Source: an uncultured Methanosarcinaceae archaeon (lineage in GTDB: Archaea; Halobacteriota; Methanosarcinia; Methanosarcinales; Methanosarcinaceae). Taken from it: a stretch of DNA of 64,000 nucleotides. A program made the translations under genes and the position numbers. The notes under the pieces were generated by a model, which saw nothing but the letters and a program-made list of their open reading frames with translations, did no database searches and was not told the DNA's origin. The DNA lies in the NCBI GenBank assembly GCA_963847185.1, contig CAWJYV010000001.1, positions 270,843-334,842 of the forward strand, in the 5' to 3' direction. This document shows, piece after piece, positions 41,701 to 50,605 of the stretch (its first letter is position 1; every line of letters begins with the position of its first letter).

Positions 41701-42719
41701 CATCAGGAGTGGCAAAGGTGAAATGCCTGCCCACCAGAGACACCCACCTGCAGCTAAAACCAGGATGGGTTACCTTGATAATGGTTCCTGAAAGCGATGA
41801 CCCCAAACCTCTTCCAGATCAGCAATTAGTAAATGAAATCGAAACATATCTTTTTGAGAGGACTTCTTCGTACCTTACAACCTATCCATCTCAAATTAAT
41901 CTGATTGGTCCGGGATACATTCAAGTATGGGTTGACGCTTGTGTACATTTTACATCAATTACTGAGGCAAAGTCTATAGAGAGAAGGATTCTCGATAACC
42001 TTCAGCAGTTTTTCCACCCACTGCACGGAGGCCCGGAGAAAAATGGCTGGGATTTTGGCAGGAATGTGTATATCTCAGAAGTTTACGAACTCATAGAAAA
42101 TACAGAAGGAGTTGACTATGTTGATGATCTTATCCTTGGAGCTGCAATCCAGATATACAAATTAGAATCAGTAGCCGGTACAACCCTTAAAGCTTCATAT
42201 CCAGAGCACAGCACTGTGGATTTAGAGAATGGCAAGATAATTTTCTTACTTGCTGAAACACTTCCGGAAAAAGTAGAAATCGATGAATTCTATGTTGTGG
42301 GATTTAAGGAAGGGGATCAGGTTAAGATAAGCGACAAAAATGAGAATTACATTTCGACCTTTATAGTAAAGTCAGTTTTAAATTATATACTGGAATGTGA
42401 GACGGAGGTGGAGGTATCTATTCCAGCGGGCAGTATTGTGGAAACGTCTGGTGGCATCAGATCTTATACCAAAGCTGATAGTGTTCAAAAACTTGATCAA
42501 AGCAACAGCATCAGTTTAACTGTTGCCATTCCCTGTGAAATATCATCGGATACTGAGATTACGCTTAAGCACAGGGACAATCAAACAATAAATGCTCCCT
42601 TGAATATAAATAAAATCACGACAAAGATTGACACCATTTTTATCGAAGAGAATTACCTGGTTTACTCTGGCACCCATACTATCAACAAATTAGATAGAAC
42701 TCATCCTTGTGATGAATGA
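38745..42719 (+). CDS. Large baseplate J-like wedge protein (Afp11-like) with inserted accessory domains
   Basis: RLNKVPDKNF..FL...G, VFETE, W..W.G..W, G.I.FG.G.RG.IP, Y..GGG..GNV, RDRAVTYEDFE and F.HPL.GG....GW.FGR. Confidence 0.9.
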   Translation: MPVDAPKIYPMDKVKLVEQIQKLAFEYCSSECLPEAWKDLSSIQSDEKADALINIFARMMEIIIHRLNKVPDKNFLTFLDLIGVSLSPPRSARVPLTFTMASGANKYGLIPAWTQVATAETAGQEAVVFETEKALTVILPKLVKAVSLSPADDKWTDNSQVLFNNTGEVIELFRGKNLISHRLYLGQSKLFSFKEETAITLDLDIKIPTGFQELDKWQVKWYYFDEKSVPKILDIEKTEPSDQNVIDWEVVNLLKSGSITFKPVAGISEKTLSGIEKEKNQKNNWVNNWIFAELSTPIPAENLPTIDTVNATVNISSKSSIVPDLAFFNNFPLDLSKDFYPYGERPKFNDTFYIGSKEAFSKKDAAISMIVTLSTGVDAPLASEKRKICWESWNGSDWETVSVKTKDDPPIVNYDFAGKKGEKKIVTFTCPNIEEKEINGEKSRWIRVRISEGDYGQEARYEEAPTFKGSGTISYSKEIAISGKETHFLREIRIGDSIVVIKSQIGTQTRTVTSIASDNSLTIDSPFSDINETEFYIKKIGWTYIPATYKPPSISELTLQYSFSSKDIPEIILTYNNFAYHDETKKPFTPFQPVADTQPALYLAFDQDISTLPVTIFFPLIRKTISTKKAPVPLNGTGTISSNNITLTGTGTNFKEKFKVGDSIAATGQVRTVIFISSDISLNVDSPFNPALQVGTKFSYTSSHEEVQNIPFLIWQYWTGKEWNKLKIEDSTNNLTKRELIQFLAPADVVKRSCFGFELEHYWIRVVIEKGNYDDFPIIKAIYTNTVWAHNMVTVKDEILGFSNGKPDQTFSFSQSPILRGQKVLVRELSLSEEGKRTIISEEGDDAIEEITDEAGDITGSWVRWHEVKNFYFSKPNSRHYIIDLNNGNITFGNGERGMIPPAGKNNIKCSYQAGGGVKGNVQAGTITKLRTTFPYIDSVTNHETASGGDDKENLDRVRERGPQTLKHRDRAVTYEDFEWLVREASSGVAKVKCLPTRDTHLQLKPGWVTLIMVPESDDPKPLPDQQLVNEIETYLFERTSSYLTTYPSQINLIGPGYIQVWVDACVHFTSITEAKSIERRILDNLQQFFHPLHGGPEKNGWDFGRNVYISEVYELIENTEGVDYVDDLILGAAIQIYKLESVAGTTLKASYPEHSTVDLENGKIIFLLAETLPEKVEIDEFYVVGFKEGDQVKISDKNENYISTFIVKSVLNYILECETEVEVSIPAGSIVETSGGIRSYTKADSVQKLDQSNSISLTVAIPCEISSDTEITLKHRDNQTINAPLNINKITTKIDTIFIEENYLVYSGTHTINKLDRTHPCDE

Positions 42720-42997
42720 AAACAATATGTGTGTTCTCTTCAAAGTAAGCAAGATTTAGAAGGCAGAGCCAAGATTCAACATATTGGATCAAAATTCAAA
42801 TTTTTTTATTTATGTAATTTTTGAATAATTCCTAATAATTTCACTTTTGAGTTTTGCATGGATGGCCATTTCATCATATCTTCAAAGTATTCTAATTTTT
42901 AAGATCTACTTCCATTGTAGTATAGAGCGTTTTCTGCTTATTGTTTCAGGTTCAACTGCCCAAGTATACAAGAAAAATAAACTTATAAGAGGTAAAA

Positions 42998-44092
42998 ATG
43001 TCATTGCCAATACCAAACCTTGATGATAGAAGTTTTGATGATCTGATAAAAGAGGCAAAGGCACTTATTCCGACATATAACAAAGAATGGACAAATTTTA
43101 ATCCTTCAGACCCCGGCATAACTCTTCTGGAACTTTTTTCTTGGCTTAGTGAGATGGTAATTTATCGGATTAACCAGGTTCCTGAAGAGAATTATAGGAA
43201 ATTCCTAAAATTATTAGGTATCGAATCTACCATGACCGGTTCAGGAACAATTTCAAGCACAGGAAAAATTGTAACCGGAGATGGGACGATTTTTAACAGT
43301 GAATTGGAAACCGGTGATTCGATTACAATCAATGATCAAACAAGGACAATCATGACAATTAATTCAGATACATCCCTTACTGTTGACTCGATATTTAATC
43401 CGGAACTGCCCGCAGGAACAAAGTTTCGCTACTCTTACAAGAGCATTGATTCAGGCATTCGTAAGGGATTAAACTCACTTTCCAAGCGCTATAGGGCGAT
43501 TACAGTAGAGGATTATGAGTATCTGGCAAAGGAATGTATGGAGATTTTACAGAAAGGACTTGCAGGTAGAGCAATTTGTGTGAATAATCGGGATCTGGAA
43601 TACAAAAAGGAAGAGGAAGATCTCCAGCCAGGATATGTCTCGGTAATCATTATCCCCAGATGTGAAGAAAATCTTGGCTACTGTAACAATGGCTTGCCAA
43701 CTGATGATCTACGAAAAAAAGTCAAAGATTACCTGGATGCCAGAAAATTAGTTACTACAAGGCTCCGTGTGGTAGGACCTGATTATCAGGATGTAGCTGT
43801 GAAAGTGTGGATGTCACTGAAAGAAAATACATTGAAAGAAAACGTGAAAAAAGAAACAATAGACTATATCAAAAAATATTTGGACTCTATTGAAGGAGGG
43901 AAAGAAGGTAAAGGATGGATGCTGGGAAGGCCAATTTACCGCTCGGAAATATTCCAGCTTCTCGAAGGGATTAAAGGTGTTGATCATGTGGCGAAGGTGG
44001 AAATTAATGGGTCAAATAAGAATCTCATGATAAAAAGCTATCAGCTTATTCGATTAAAGGAGGACGAAGGCATAGAAGTAGCAATTCAATAA
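42998..44092 (+). CDS. Second baseplate J/gp47-like protein (Afp12-like)
   Basis: LP.PNLDDR.F.DL, EWTNFNPSDPGITLLELF.W, RAIT.EDYE and GG..G.GW.LGR. Confidence 0.9.
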   Translation: MSLPIPNLDDRSFDDLIKEAKALIPTYNKEWTNFNPSDPGITLLELFSWLSEMVIYRINQVPEENYRKFLKLLGIESTMTGSGTISSTGKIVTGDGTIFNSELETGDSITINDQTRTIMTINSDTSLTVDSIFNPELPAGTKFRYSYKSIDSGIRKGLNSLSKRYRAITVEDYEYLAKECMEILQKGLAGRAICVNNRDLEYKKEEEDLQPGYVSVIIIPRCEENLGYCNNGLPTDDLRKKVKDYLDARKLVTTRLRVVGPDYQDVAVKVWMSLKENTLKENVKKETIDYIKKYLDSIEGGKEGKGWMLGRPIYRSEIFQLLEGIKGVDHVAKVEINGSNKNLMIKSYQLIRLKEDEGIEVAIQ

Positions 44093-44108
44093 CAATAGAG
44101 GGTAAAAA

Positions 44109-44825
44109 ATGAGTATCAATGAAGAAGAAAGCAAATATCTTCAGTATCTGCCATCCATATATCAGGCAAAAGAGAATACCCCAACTTTTCTAGGACAATT
44201 TTTGAAAGCCTTTGAGAAAATATTATCAGGAATAGATGACGGGGTGAAGGTGGAGGCGCTTATAGACGGTCGGCCAGTGGAAGTAAAGGGAATCGAGAAA
44301 ACACTGGATAATATACATGATATATTTGATCCTTATACTTATAAAAATATATTTGGCTCTGGCACAGACAATGCTGATTTTCTCCAATGGCTGGCAGGAT
44401 GGGTGGCACTTTCCCTTAAAGAGGAAAGCTGGAGTGAACTAAAGAAACAGGAGCTTATAGCTAAGATTGTACCCCTGTACCAGAAAAGAGGTACTAAGGA
44501 AGGACTTGAGGAATATTTGAGGATATACGTAGGTGCAGGGGTAAGAATTATTGAAGAGATTGGTCCATTTCAGATAGGGGTCAGTTCCAAGGTTGGTGTG
44601 GATACTGTAGTTGACGGATTACACCTGTATTTCTTTATTGTTGATGTTCCCTTTTCAACACATAATCCCCAGAAGAGAGGGGAGATCGAGAATTCTATCA
44701 GACAGATAATTGATATTGAGAAACCTGCACACACATATTATCAGATAAATTTCAACTTATCAACAATGCAAGTCGGTTACGCACAAGTTGAAGAAAGCAC
44801 TCTGTTATGGGATAGGCAGAATTGA
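44109..44825 (+). CDS. Phage tail protein I (P2 gpI-like) baseplate wedge component
   Basis: YLQYLP.IYQ, FL..FE, FL.WLA.WV, LY.KRGT..GL and EKPAHT. Confidence 0.9.
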   Translation: MSINEEESKYLQYLPSIYQAKENTPTFLGQFLKAFEKILSGIDDGVKVEALIDGRPVEVKGIEKTLDNIHDIFDPYTYKNIFGSGTDNADFLQWLAGWVALSLKEESWSELKKQELIAKIVPLYQKRGTKEGLEEYLRIYVGAGVRIIEEIGPFQIGVSSKVGVDTVVDGLHLYFFIVDVPFSTHNPQKRGEIENSIRQIIDIEKPAHTYYQINFNLSTMQVGYAQVEESTLLWDRQN

Positions 44826-44839
44826 AAGGAGGAAGAAAT

Positions 44840-46339
44840 GTGGGTATAAAAAGGATAAATTATTTTAAAGGTGAGTTTTTAACAGCAGAAGATTTTATAG
44901 ACGAGCAGCAATACCATATTGAGATGCTCAGAGAGCATAATAAAAACCTGCACGCATGGGGAATTGCTGAAGGCCTCGATGTGCCCAATAATACCGGTGG
45001 AAAAACCGTAAAAATCGAAAGCGGTATGGCAATTGATTCGCAGGGATGCCAAATTATACTTATAGATAGTGTTGATAAACCAATACCTGATACGACCGCA
45101 AAAGAACTTTATTTAACTATATCTTATTATGACAAAGAATTAACCGACCCAAGAGATGATAACACTGGAGCAGGTTTCCAAAATACCAGAATTGAAGAGA
45201 AACCTTTAATAGAATTTTTCGAAAATAGTAATTTCGATACATCTTTGAAACTCATCCTTGCCAAATTGACTTTAGATGATCAAAAAAAAATATCCAAGGT
45301 AGATAAAAGCGGAAGGCAGCGTGCCGGAGTAAAGGGCGATCTGGCAGCTGGCAGTATAGCCTTATCAGTAGACAATGTAGCTTCCGACCAATGGCCGAGA
45401 TTAAAAGGAATCGATGCGAATAAACTTGAGATAGGTGCCAAAAGTGGGCTTCAGATCAATTCGGAAAAGACCAGTTTGAACGGATTGCTTATAGTGAATG
45501 ACAAAGTAGGCATAGGCACCACTACAACATTATCAGAAAAGCTGGAAGTGAATGGAAAAGTAAAAGCTACCGCATTTATGGGTGATGGCTCCTTAATTAC
45601 TGCTCTTAATGGTACACAGATTACTAACGGAATTGTTGCTGATGCTCGGATTCCGGCCACGATTATAAGGGAAAACCGTTTTGATCCTGCTTCGGGACAT
45701 AAACATACAGGCGTTGCAGGCGATGGGCCCATAATCCAGCACAGCAGCCTTGGCAATATTCTTGCAGTCAACCCAACCTCAACTGATGCCGCTTTAACAA
45801 AGCATGTCAGCGATGCACTAGCTAAAAGCTGGCAAGACCATATTAGAACATCGGGAAATCCACATGGGACGACTACAGCGCAGTTAGGCGACTATTTTGC
45901 TAAAAGAGGCACGGCTTATCTTACTTTTTCTAATTCTGATGCCAATGGGGCAACAAAAACAGCAAACTTAGGGTTTATACCCAAGCTGATACTGATTGGA
46001 GGAGGATTATATACAAATCTTGGAGGGACAGTACTCGGAAGTTCGTTTTCAGGCTTCTGGTGTTCCAATGCAGCCGTCAGTTCAGCTCCATACATCATTA
46101 AAAGCTCCTCCACATATATACAAAATTATAGCGCTTATTCATCTAGTCCATTTTATATTTATATTTATTACAATGATACTAGTACTGGAATGACAAAACC
46201 AAAAGCTGAGACTGTTTATGGTGCTATTAGTTTTTCGGCAGAGGGGATTATGACAGTGACATTAAATAGAACTATAAACAACAACTGTGATCCTCTGGAC
46301 TCTTTTACTATTTATCTGGCGTTACTTGGTATTAGTTAA
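44840..46339 (+). CDS. Tail fibre 1 (baseplate-attachment N-terminus plus fibre repeat module)
   Basis: KRINYF.GEFL...DF..EQ.YH and G.AID..G..I; KVGIGTT, GHKHTG.AGDGP and SGNPHG modules; GTG start after GGAGG. Confidence 0.8.
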   Translation: MGIKRINYFKGEFLTAEDFIDEQQYHIEMLREHNKNLHAWGIAEGLDVPNNTGGKTVKIESGMAIDSQGCQIILIDSVDKPIPDTTAKELYLTISYYDKELTDPRDDNTGAGFQNTRIEEKPLIEFFENSNFDTSLKLILAKLTLDDQKKISKVDKSGRQRAGVKGDLAAGSIALSVDNVASDQWPRLKGIDANKLEIGAKSGLQINSEKTSLNGLLIVNDKVGIGTTTTLSEKLEVNGKVKATAFMGDGSLITALNGTQITNGIVADARIPATIIRENRFDPASGHKHTGVAGDGPIIQHSSLGNILAVNPTSTDAALTKHVSDALAKSWQDHIRTSGNPHGTTTAQLGDYFAKRGTAYLTFSNSDANGATKTANLGFIPKLILIGGGLYTNLGGTVLGSSFSGFWCSNAAVSSAPYIIKSSSTYIQNYSAYSSSPFYIYIYYNDTSTGMTKPKAETVYGAISFSAEGIMTVTLNRTINNNCDPLDSFTIYLALLGIS

Positions 46340-46396
46340 TTAACTTACAAAGTTATAAAATAAAGATAATAATATTTGAATATATTTGGAGGAAAC

Positions 46397-47002
46397 ATGT
46401 GGATAGTTTACCAAAAAAATGATCAGAAGATAGTAGGCATGAGCGCATTCAGTAGCGGACCGGATCTTGAAAAGAATTTTGCTCTTGAAGAGGTAGTTAA
46501 TGGTCTCATAGATCATGATTCACCTGATGAATATGATGCAATTCAAGTCACAGACCCTGAGCAGGCGTTCAAATTCATGATCTCCCCACCTGACAGACTA
46601 ATCGTTGAGGAAAAAAATGAAGGCAGGCTAGATCTTACCATTCAAGAGCCGAAGGTATCTTTTCTGATGCTTCAAAGTGATGCGCCTGATGTGCATGCGG
46701 TTGACGGCATTTCTGAGATTACTGCTGACGGGGAGTCATTTACCACGATCACCATGCAAAAAGTCGATGAGCTTGGGGTGCCTAAACAGGAAAAGAATGA
46801 CAATGATCTGCTTTACCTTCGTACGGATTATGGAACGTTAAAAAGTGTTGATGGAAAAGAAGATATAAGTTCAATAAATCTAAATCAAGGAAAAGCTGCT
46901 TTTCGACTGGTCTCGGAAAAGGCAAAACGTGTTGCAACTGTAAAGATTTTCAATGCCGATGCAGACTTCATAGATACCAGCATACAAATCGAATTTATCT
47001 GA
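46397..47002 (+). CDS. Hypothetical fibre-associated protein with a possible C-terminal Ig/invasin-like domain
   Basis: Follows fibre 1; EITADGESFTTIT motif and a beta-rich C-terminus. Confidence 0.55.
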   Translation: MWIVYQKNDQKIVGMSAFSSGPDLEKNFALEEVVNGLIDHDSPDEYDAIQVTDPEQAFKFMISPPDRLIVEEKNEGRLDLTIQEPKVSFLMLQSDAPDVHAVDGISEITADGESFTTITMQKVDELGVPKQEKNDNDLLYLRTDYGTLKSVDGKEDISSINLNQGKAAFRLVSEKAKRVATVKIFNADADFIDTSIQIEFI

Positions 47003-47049
47003 GTTATTTAAAAAGCTTATATAGATTCTTTGTAACTATTCAGTCCGAT

Positions 47050-48400
47050 AAAAACAACATCAGTGGTATTTTGGTTAAGTTAATTGGACAAGTTTTTTGA
47101 GTTCATTTTCTTTAATTGTTGGCTATATATTGTGTTTCTCCATTTTTAAACGGGTTGGCAATTATATACGTTCGAGATTCTATCATTAAACCTGAAATTG
47201 AAAAACGAAATAAGATTCTATAAAACAGATAGTTTTAATTTTTTTCAAAAATCAAGATTTAGTCCTCTTTTATTGATATCAGAGACAAATCTTACTAATT
47301 TTTTTAAATTTTTGATTTTAAGAGCTATTTTTGAAGATTAAGCTTTAATTGTGTGATAATAATTGAAAATAAGTTATCTTAAATCTTAATTTGTAAATTG
47401 ATTCTGGACGATTCTAACAGCAAATGGAGGTATTGAATGACAGAAGAAACAGTTAAAGAAAAAATAAATTTTGGTCCTTCATCATCAATTGATGAATCCG
47501 CCGAAAAAGTACGAATCCAGGAATCCAGTAATATTGAAGATAATTTTCAGGTGACACTCTCTGGAACAGATGGGAACGTTGAGACCGGTCCTACTGATAA
47601 TTTTGAGAACATATATGTAGCAGGCACAGTCGGCATAGGAGTAGCTTCCCCATCTGAAAAACTGGAAGTAAGCGGGACAATCAAAGCGATAGCGTTTATG
47701 GGCGACGGCTCTGAAATTACCGCCCTTGATGGCAAGAAAATCACTACCGGTATTATTGAAGATTCCAGGATTCCTTCTACAATCTCCAGGGAAAACCGTT
47801 TTGATCCCACCACGGGTCATAAGCACACGGGTGCTGCAGGTGACGGGCCTATAATTTCTCATAGCAAGCTTGACGAGGTCCTATCGGCCAATCCGGACTC
47901 AAGTGATACCGTCACAAATAAACATATCAGCGATGCACTGGCTAAAGGATGGCAAGATCATATAACGATTAAGTCTGGAAATCCACATAGGACAACTGCA
48001 ATAGATATTGGTGCACTGCCGATTAGCGGAGGGGCTATAAATGGGACTCTTCAAGTTGAGACTCTTCAAGTTAACGGCAAAATCGAAACAGCTGGCACCG
48101 TAGATGGTGTGGAGATATCCAACTGTTTCGATCCTTCGAGAGGACATAAGCATACAGGTGCTGCAGGTGACGGACCCAAAATATCTCACAGCAATCTTGG
48201 GGATATCATTCCAGCCAACACGGAGTCAACTGATACAACTTCAACCAAGCATGTCAGCGATGCATTAGCCAAGGGATGGCAAGACCACATAACGATTATG
48301 TCTGGAAATCCACATGGGGCGACTGCAATAGATGTAGGGGCACTGTCGATTAGCGGAGGGACTATAAATGGGACTCTTCAAGTTAACGGCAATATTGGCA
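47050..48400 (+). repeat. ~1.35-kb segment (upstream region plus fibre N-terminal coding region) duplicated at ~50150..51545
   Basis: Long near-identical stretches, e.g. TCAAGATTTAGTCCTCTTTTATTGATATCAGAGACAAATCTTACTAATTT and AAATGGAGGTATTGAATGACAGAAGAAACAGTTAAAGAA, in both copies. Confidence 0.9.
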
Positions 48401-49686
48401 TTGGGACGGATACACCAAGTGGGAAACTGGATGTTAGAGGAGATATTCGTGCTGGGAATTCTGATCTTTACTTTACAAAGGTAGACCATAATCATACAGG
48501 AATTGGAAATACCGATGGTCTTGCTGCTATTGAGAATGCAGCTGATTATGGAGCACTGATGATTTTAGGGCGACAAGTGGTCAATAAAAGAATTGTCCGT
48601 TTATGGGATTACCTGCAAATTAATGGAAGTATGGATATTACTGGGAACGTCGGCATAGGGACTACGAATCCAAAAGATAAGCTTGATGTGTACGGAACTA
48701 TCAGACTTTCCGGAAAAAATGCATTTGAAGATGCAAAAGACGGTTATCTACGGATTAATAACCTAAATGAGTTTCCGAAAGGAACTACTTTTCCTCATCG
48801 TGTAAGTTTTTTCGGTGGGATTACAACAGGTGACTGGTATGAGGTAGATCCTGGACACGGGAACCTACTTGTAAATGGCAAAGTTGGTATCGGGACTACA
48901 AATCCATCAGCTAGGTTAGAAGTGAACGGGAATATCAAAGCTAATAGCAGTGAGCTGGAAAGCCTATCTGTGAAAGGCAACGTCGGCATTGGAACATCTT
49001 TCCCATCTGAAAAACTGGAAGTTAACGGAGATATAAAAGTAAGTGGACAAATTGTTCAAGAAGATTGGAATGCGCCACAATTAAGTGAAGATTGGACAAC
49101 TATGTCACCTCCTCATAACCCCCCAGGTTATTTCCTCGATAAGAGCGGAGTTGTACATCTAAGGGGAATGCTAAGAAGTAAAAAGAAGGATGCTGGAAAT
49201 ATATTTGTATTGCCCACATATTATCGTCCAGCTTACATAGAGTACCATAATATATCCTCTTCAAAGCCTGACGTTTCGTGTTTAATCTTTCCTCATGGAG
49301 GTGTATATATTAATAAGACTGAGAAGGATAATTATGCTTCTTTAGATGGGATTACCTTTAAAGTAAAGAGGATGGTGACCGAAAATCAGGAGATCACCGA
49401 AGCTAATAATGGAGAAAGCATGATCATCAAAAAAGGAGTGACTTTTTATCTTAAACTCTGGGAATATCCTTCTACAGCCTACTCCTTGGAACTCAGCATT
49501 AGGAAAAATTTCGAGGTTGTTGCCACTTCAGGTTCAGATACTAATGGTTCTAGTCATGATCCTAAACTTCGTGAATGGAAAATAAAAGCAGTCACTCAAG
49601 GAAAAGATGATTTACGTGTGGAGTATTGGTACGATATTAGAACTGGCAGACTTGATAAGTTCGAGCTCAATTTTGAAATTGTCTAA
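47437..49686 (+). CDS. Tail fibre 2: fibre repeats, C-terminal receptor-binding-like domain and chagasin (I42)-like domain
   Basis: GNVGIGT.P...L.V.G repeats; two GHKHTG/QDH/NPH modules; D..G.VHLRG..IF.LP..YRP domain; terminal ITEANNGESM..KKG..FYLKL.EYPSTAYS..REWKIKAVTQG. Confidence 0.78.
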   Translation: MTEETVKEKINFGPSSSIDESAEKVRIQESSNIEDNFQVTLSGTDGNVETGPTDNFENIYVAGTVGIGVASPSEKLEVSGTIKAIAFMGDGSEITALDGKKITTGIIEDSRIPSTISRENRFDPTTGHKHTGAAGDGPIISHSKLDEVLSANPDSSDTVTNKHISDALAKGWQDHITIKSGNPHRTTAIDIGALPISGGAINGTLQVETLQVNGKIETAGTVDGVEISNCFDPSRGHKHTGAAGDGPKISHSNLGDIIPANTESTDTTSTKHVSDALAKGWQDHITIMSGNPHGATAIDVGALSISGGTINGTLQVNGNIGIGTDTPSGKLDVRGDIRAGNSDLYFTKVDHNHTGIGNTDGLAAIENAADYGALMILGRQVVNKRIVRLWDYLQINGSMDITGNVGIGTTNPKDKLDVYGTIRLSGKNAFEDAKDGYLRINNLNEFPKGTTFPHRVSFFGGITTGDWYEVDPGHGNLLVNGKVGIGTTNPSARLEVNGNIKANSSELESLSVKGNVGIGTSFPSEKLEVNGDIKVSGQIVQEDWNAPQLSEDWTTMSPPHNPPGYFLDKSGVVHLRGMLRSKKKDAGNIFVLPTYYRPAYIEYHNISSSKPDVSCLIFPHGGVYINKTEKDNYASLDGITFKVKRMVTENQEITEANNGESMIIKKGVTFYLKLWEYPSTAYSLELSIRKNFEVVATSGSDTNGSSHDPKLREWKIKAVTQGKDDLRVEYWYDIRTGRLDKFELNFEIV

Positions 49687-49854
49687 AACGTATTTATCTT
49701 GTATGCCTCGGGTTAATATTCCATATAAAGGGCCAGTAGGGGGAATACCAGTTACTTACAACGAAACTGTGTTGAATAAGGAAATTGATGACCTTATTTA
49801 TCTTTTTACAAATGACCCTTGGAATTTGTTTTATTGGAAAAAAAATCATCAGGC

Positions 49855-50050
49855 TTGGCGCCTGTAAAGCAATATGCTGCAAGTTTCCCTTCGCCTTATC
49901 AAAGCAGGACGTTAATAAAGGTAACATTAGCTGGAAATTCTCCAGACCTTATTTGATTGCCATAATAATGAGAAGTGGCATGTATGGCTGGAATACGATA
50001 AGAAAATCATCAATCCTGTATTGATTGAAGAGACCAGTGAAAGAGTAAGG
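49855..50050 (+). pseudogene. Remnant of a YkgJ-like (CxxCxxCC) cysteine-cluster protein
   Basis: CKAICCKFPFALSKQDVNKGNISW.FSRPYLIA, then in another frame VWLEYDKKIINP; the central Cys cluster appears deleted. Confidence 0.5.
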
Positions 50051-50605
50051 AAGTTTAAGAGTAAGGAAGTTTTATACTTTTCCCCAGATTACTGAAGAGT
50101 GAAACATAGGTTGTTGATACATGCTTTTAGGTAATTACTGATCTTGGAAAAACAACATCATCAGTCGTCTTATTTAAGATTTAATAGGCAAGTTTTTGAG
50201 CTAATTTTCTTTAATTTTAGCTAATATTGTGTTTATCAATTTCGAATGGGTTGGCAATTCTATAAGTTCGAGAACTCAAAACTCACATTAATGTTTTTTG
50301 TCCTGTGAGCTAAATGATTACGATTTTTTAACATTTTAGTTTCTTAATTCTACCATTAAACCTGAAATCGAAAATGAAATAAGATTCTATAAAACAGATG
50401 GTTTTAATTTTTTTCAAAGATCAAGATTTAGTCCTCTTTTATTGATATCAGAGACAAATCTTACTAATTTCTTTAAATTTTTGATTTTAAGAGATATTTT
50501 CTGATATTAAGCTTTAATTGTGTGCTAATAGTTGAAAATAAGTTATCTTAAATCTTAATTTGTAAATTGATTCTGGACTATCCTAAAAGTAAATGGAGGT
50601 ATTGA

